DNA of 64,000 nucleotides. Source: Fimicolochytrium jonesii (Eukaryota). This document shows positions 61,048 to 64,000 of the stretch, piece after piece. The notes beneath the pieces were generated by a model that made no database searches, was not told where the DNA came from, and saw only the letters and a list, made by a program, of their open reading frames with translations. Location of the stretch: positions 186,001-250,000 of the forward strand of contig NW_026515696.1 in assembly GCF_025526975.1 (NCBI RefSeq), given 5' to 3'. Positions within the stretch are counted from its first letter, which is position 1, and each line of letters starts with the position of its first letter. The position numbers and the translations under genes were made by a program.

Positions 61048-63180
61048 GATGACACCACCACACGACACCACAGCAAGAAAGCTCAATTATGTCCATACTC
61101 GCCTCGTAGGAGGGGGACATATCAATCCACTGTGCTATGCGAAACACTTTAAGTCGGATCTGGGGGAGACCGCGATGAAAGCCGATTTCGCCGAGATAGT
61201 GCGTGAATACATCGACGACCGCCTGCCGCTCCTTCGCGGCAAGACATACACGAAGAGTCGCGAAAAACTGGAGGCGGCGCGCAATTACGCCGTAAGTGCA
61301 GGGTCGGGACATCGAAGATGGTAGCTCAGTATATGGACGCAGTGCAGCATGAGCGCAACAGTGCAGCAAACGGCTTAACGCGTGGGGCGGGTTTGGGGGC
61401 GTCCCATTGCTGACGAGAACTCTCATTTCTTTCGTCGTAGTATGCGAGCGATGGGGCGTGGAAGGCATGGTGGGTCAAAAGAACCTCGAGATTACAACTC
61501 GAAGAACAAGCCGGCCGACGCCACGTTGCGATGGGCGAGCTGACGACGCAAAGGGAAGAAGAAGAGGCTGGTCTTCGCAAACGTAAGCGCGGGGAGTCGC
61601 CCGAGCCTGACCAACTCTCATGCGACGACGACGATGTCGACGAATGCACCGAAGATTCCGCAACAGTTTCCGAGGAGGCTACCGAAACCCCAGCGCTGAA
61701 CTTTCCCAGCGTCCTGGGAACAGAAAAGTTGGTGCAGCGCATCAAAGAGCTTCATCAAGCGAACGTGTCGCTGGTGGCGGGCGGCACTTTGATCTGGTGT
61801 GTTCTGGTGTGCGTTAGATTCTGCTGACAAGAAAAGCTATACCCTCTTGAGCAAGATCGTCAGGGATAAGGCAAAGCGCCTGACAGAAGACGCGCTCGGC
61901 GATGAAATGGCGGGCGCCGCGCTCGACGAGCGGAAATCTCCCCTTTTGCGTACACAAGTTATGGTCGCAGCTATTTCGATTTGCTGGAGGGGCCATACTT
62001 CAACGTTTTCTCGGAGCCATACGATGCGACATTTCCGACCTTCTGTACCCTCCAGTGGTTGCACGGCAACCGCATCCACCGGTTGGAATCGCCCTGGTAA
62101 TGACCGAGATCGAATCCATGAGCACTTCAGTGATGTTGTGGTGGGAATGCCTCGACATCATCCGACACTTGGCGCGCGGAATTCCAGTGTAAATCATTAT
62201 CCACCGTGACGGAAGCCCGCTCTGCTTGACGCTTCCCAAAGCAATGTGACTTCTGGGAAGACTGCTCGACCATCGACAAGGCGAGCTTCACCCGCTGGAC
62301 GCCGATGGGCAGACATTTGCTCGGCAACTGCGCGACATCCAACAGGTTCGAATCAAGAATTAGGAGAGGGGCATACGGGGCATTCGTATGGCGGGCTAAA
62401 GTCGTTCTGGGAGAGAATGGATGGGGACGCGGCAGAAACGAAGGAGGCGAGCCGCGACGCCGACGTCCGGTACATCATGAAGTGTCTGCGTGCCATGGCA
62501 ACGCACACCAGCACGTATGCATGCCATACAGAACGTGCATTCGACGCACATGCAGTGCTTCCTTTGGCCGAGGTGCCTCTTGAGCCCAAACTGCACTATG
62601 GCGATTCGATGCCAGTTTCGGGCCAAGAAGAGAAAACGCCGCGGCGGGGGAAGGACGTTGAGTACAATCTGTCACCATATGTCTGCGACCACCTGTGACT
62701 TCCAGGCCGGCCCCCTGCGACAATGGCAGCCGTCGCGATGGACACTGACTTAATCCCGTGAGGTCGCAGACATATGGTCACAGACTGTACCTATACAAGA
62801 TATCCGGACACGAGCACGGGTGCGCAGAGAACTCCGGGCCGCTGATCAAGGCACACGAGCTCCATGCGGCAGAGAACCTCGTCAGCTTGGCCAAGACATG
62901 CAAATCTCAGGCAAGGGCGCTTGCCAGGCTCAACCCAGCTCAGAAGGAGAAGATCGTCGTGCCCTCGTTCCAGGTCCATTTCCTTTTCCGCGGAATGATA
63001 ACGACACTTAAAGCGTCATGGACATGTGCGAATTCTTCTTTATATACTCTGTACGAGCAATGCAGACAGTCCCGCATAGGCGAAACATCCGACGGTACTC
63101 AGAGACACCCCAGAAGAATGCAATGGCAGGCATCATGACCCCGATGAAAAAGGGGGATGTCAATCAAGCAAACTCCAACC
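61048..63180 (+). other. Fragmented or spliced hypothetical protein locus, possibly with a PD-(D/E)XK-like C-terminal domain
   Basis: A chain of same-strand ORFs (60923-61324, 61531-61827, 62246-62698, 62758-63138) with HTERAFDAHAVLPL..LHYGDS..EEK..RGKDVEY and L.SLAKTCK.Q..VPSFQVH. The resemblance to expanded nuclease-fold families of early-diverging fungi is only impressionistic. Confidence 0.35.
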
Positions 63181-63567
63181 CGCAGGCGAGAGGAGAAACT
63201 GCAAAGGAGTCCGGAAGCGGGCACCGTCCGGCTGGGCAGCGTTGAAAAGGATGACGAAGAGGTCGTAGGGAAGAGCGGAGGGCGTGTTCTGGGTCGGTTC
63301 AAAGGGGAGATGGGGATAGGATGGAGTGGCTTCGGCTTTATTGGCGTATGGGGGTGGAATAGGGTGGACTTCGCCTGAAAAGAGCCATGTGGGCTGGGAT
63401 GTGGTGGGCTACGATCAATGCTCGTCGCCGTGATGCAGAATTGCACGCCTTCATGATCGCGAATGACTGCTCGCAGCCGGCCCCCTTTTCAATACAAGTT
63501 TGCAGGAACTGCGTGGGCATTGCTGTAGCCCGTCCCGCTGTACACTGCACCTCGCCCCTGTGGCACC

Positions 63568-64000
63568 TCACCGGTCACATGAGTTCATCCTTCCCATCCT
63601 CGCCATTGTCCTGTATATCGCTCCTCCGCCACAGATTGTCACAGAGATTGGCTGCGATGTTAATGAGCTTCTTGGCTGTCGCCATTCGATCCTGATCAGC
63701 TCTCTGGCTTTCGTGGTGCAGGCTTCGGAGCGCTTACCCCAGCGGGTGGTGATGGAGCAACGCGCTGTCAAATTGTTACTGCGCCGACCCAAAGTCCCCG
63801 TATTTCGACAGAGTGCGTCAATGCCATGTGTAGCTGTTCTAAACCGTGGCAGCAGTCCACATACACTGTTCTAACTCCCACGTTCCCTCCAGCGATGGCT
63901 TAAGTTCTTTCAAAGCCCAAAATCTGGCTCTCGCATTGGCAAACTGCAACAAGAGGTCTGCTTGATCAAAGATGCCAGATATCTCTTCGTTGATCGTCAC
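63568..64000 (-). CDS. Possible 3' end of a gene running off the window edge
   Basis: Open frame from the edge (VTINEEISGIFDQADLLLQFANARARFWALKEL..), a GTATGT donor-like site, and a downstream frame ending ..KDELM*. Confidence 0.25.

Overview
Eukaryotic fungal DNA: short GT-AG introns with CTRAC-type branch points, TTAGGG-type repeats, and a Fanzor close to Spizellomyces SpuFz1 point to a chytrid (inferred). The first ~23 kb is a nest of decayed mobile elements. It holds Ty3/Gypsy and Ty1/Copia fragments, a gag followed by a DIRS-type N6-adenine methyltransferase domain, a chromovirus tail with LTR, a ~490-bp inverted-repeat pair, and an intron-rich, inactivated Fanzor1 RNA-guided nuclease gene. 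The rest carries host genes: an OPT transporter, two paralogous PY-motif membrane proteins, tRNA-Arg(TCG), a PX/DUF3818 (YPR097W/Lec1-like) protein, a Cys-rich TM-SH3 protein, a LIM-RapGAP and pyruvate kinase. The most striking unexplained structure lies at 42.4-48.3 kb, between two convergent gene ends. It is a gene-free array of about 21 same-orientation copies of a ~26-32-bp motif, (AACTnn)TGTCCGAAAACGCGAAACTGACGCGT, separated by non-repeating spacers that often fall near 150-240 bp or about 330 bp. Its function is unknown; candidates are a centromere or chromatin-organising array, a protein-binding array, or a processed ncRNA array. All calls were made by eye, with no database searches.
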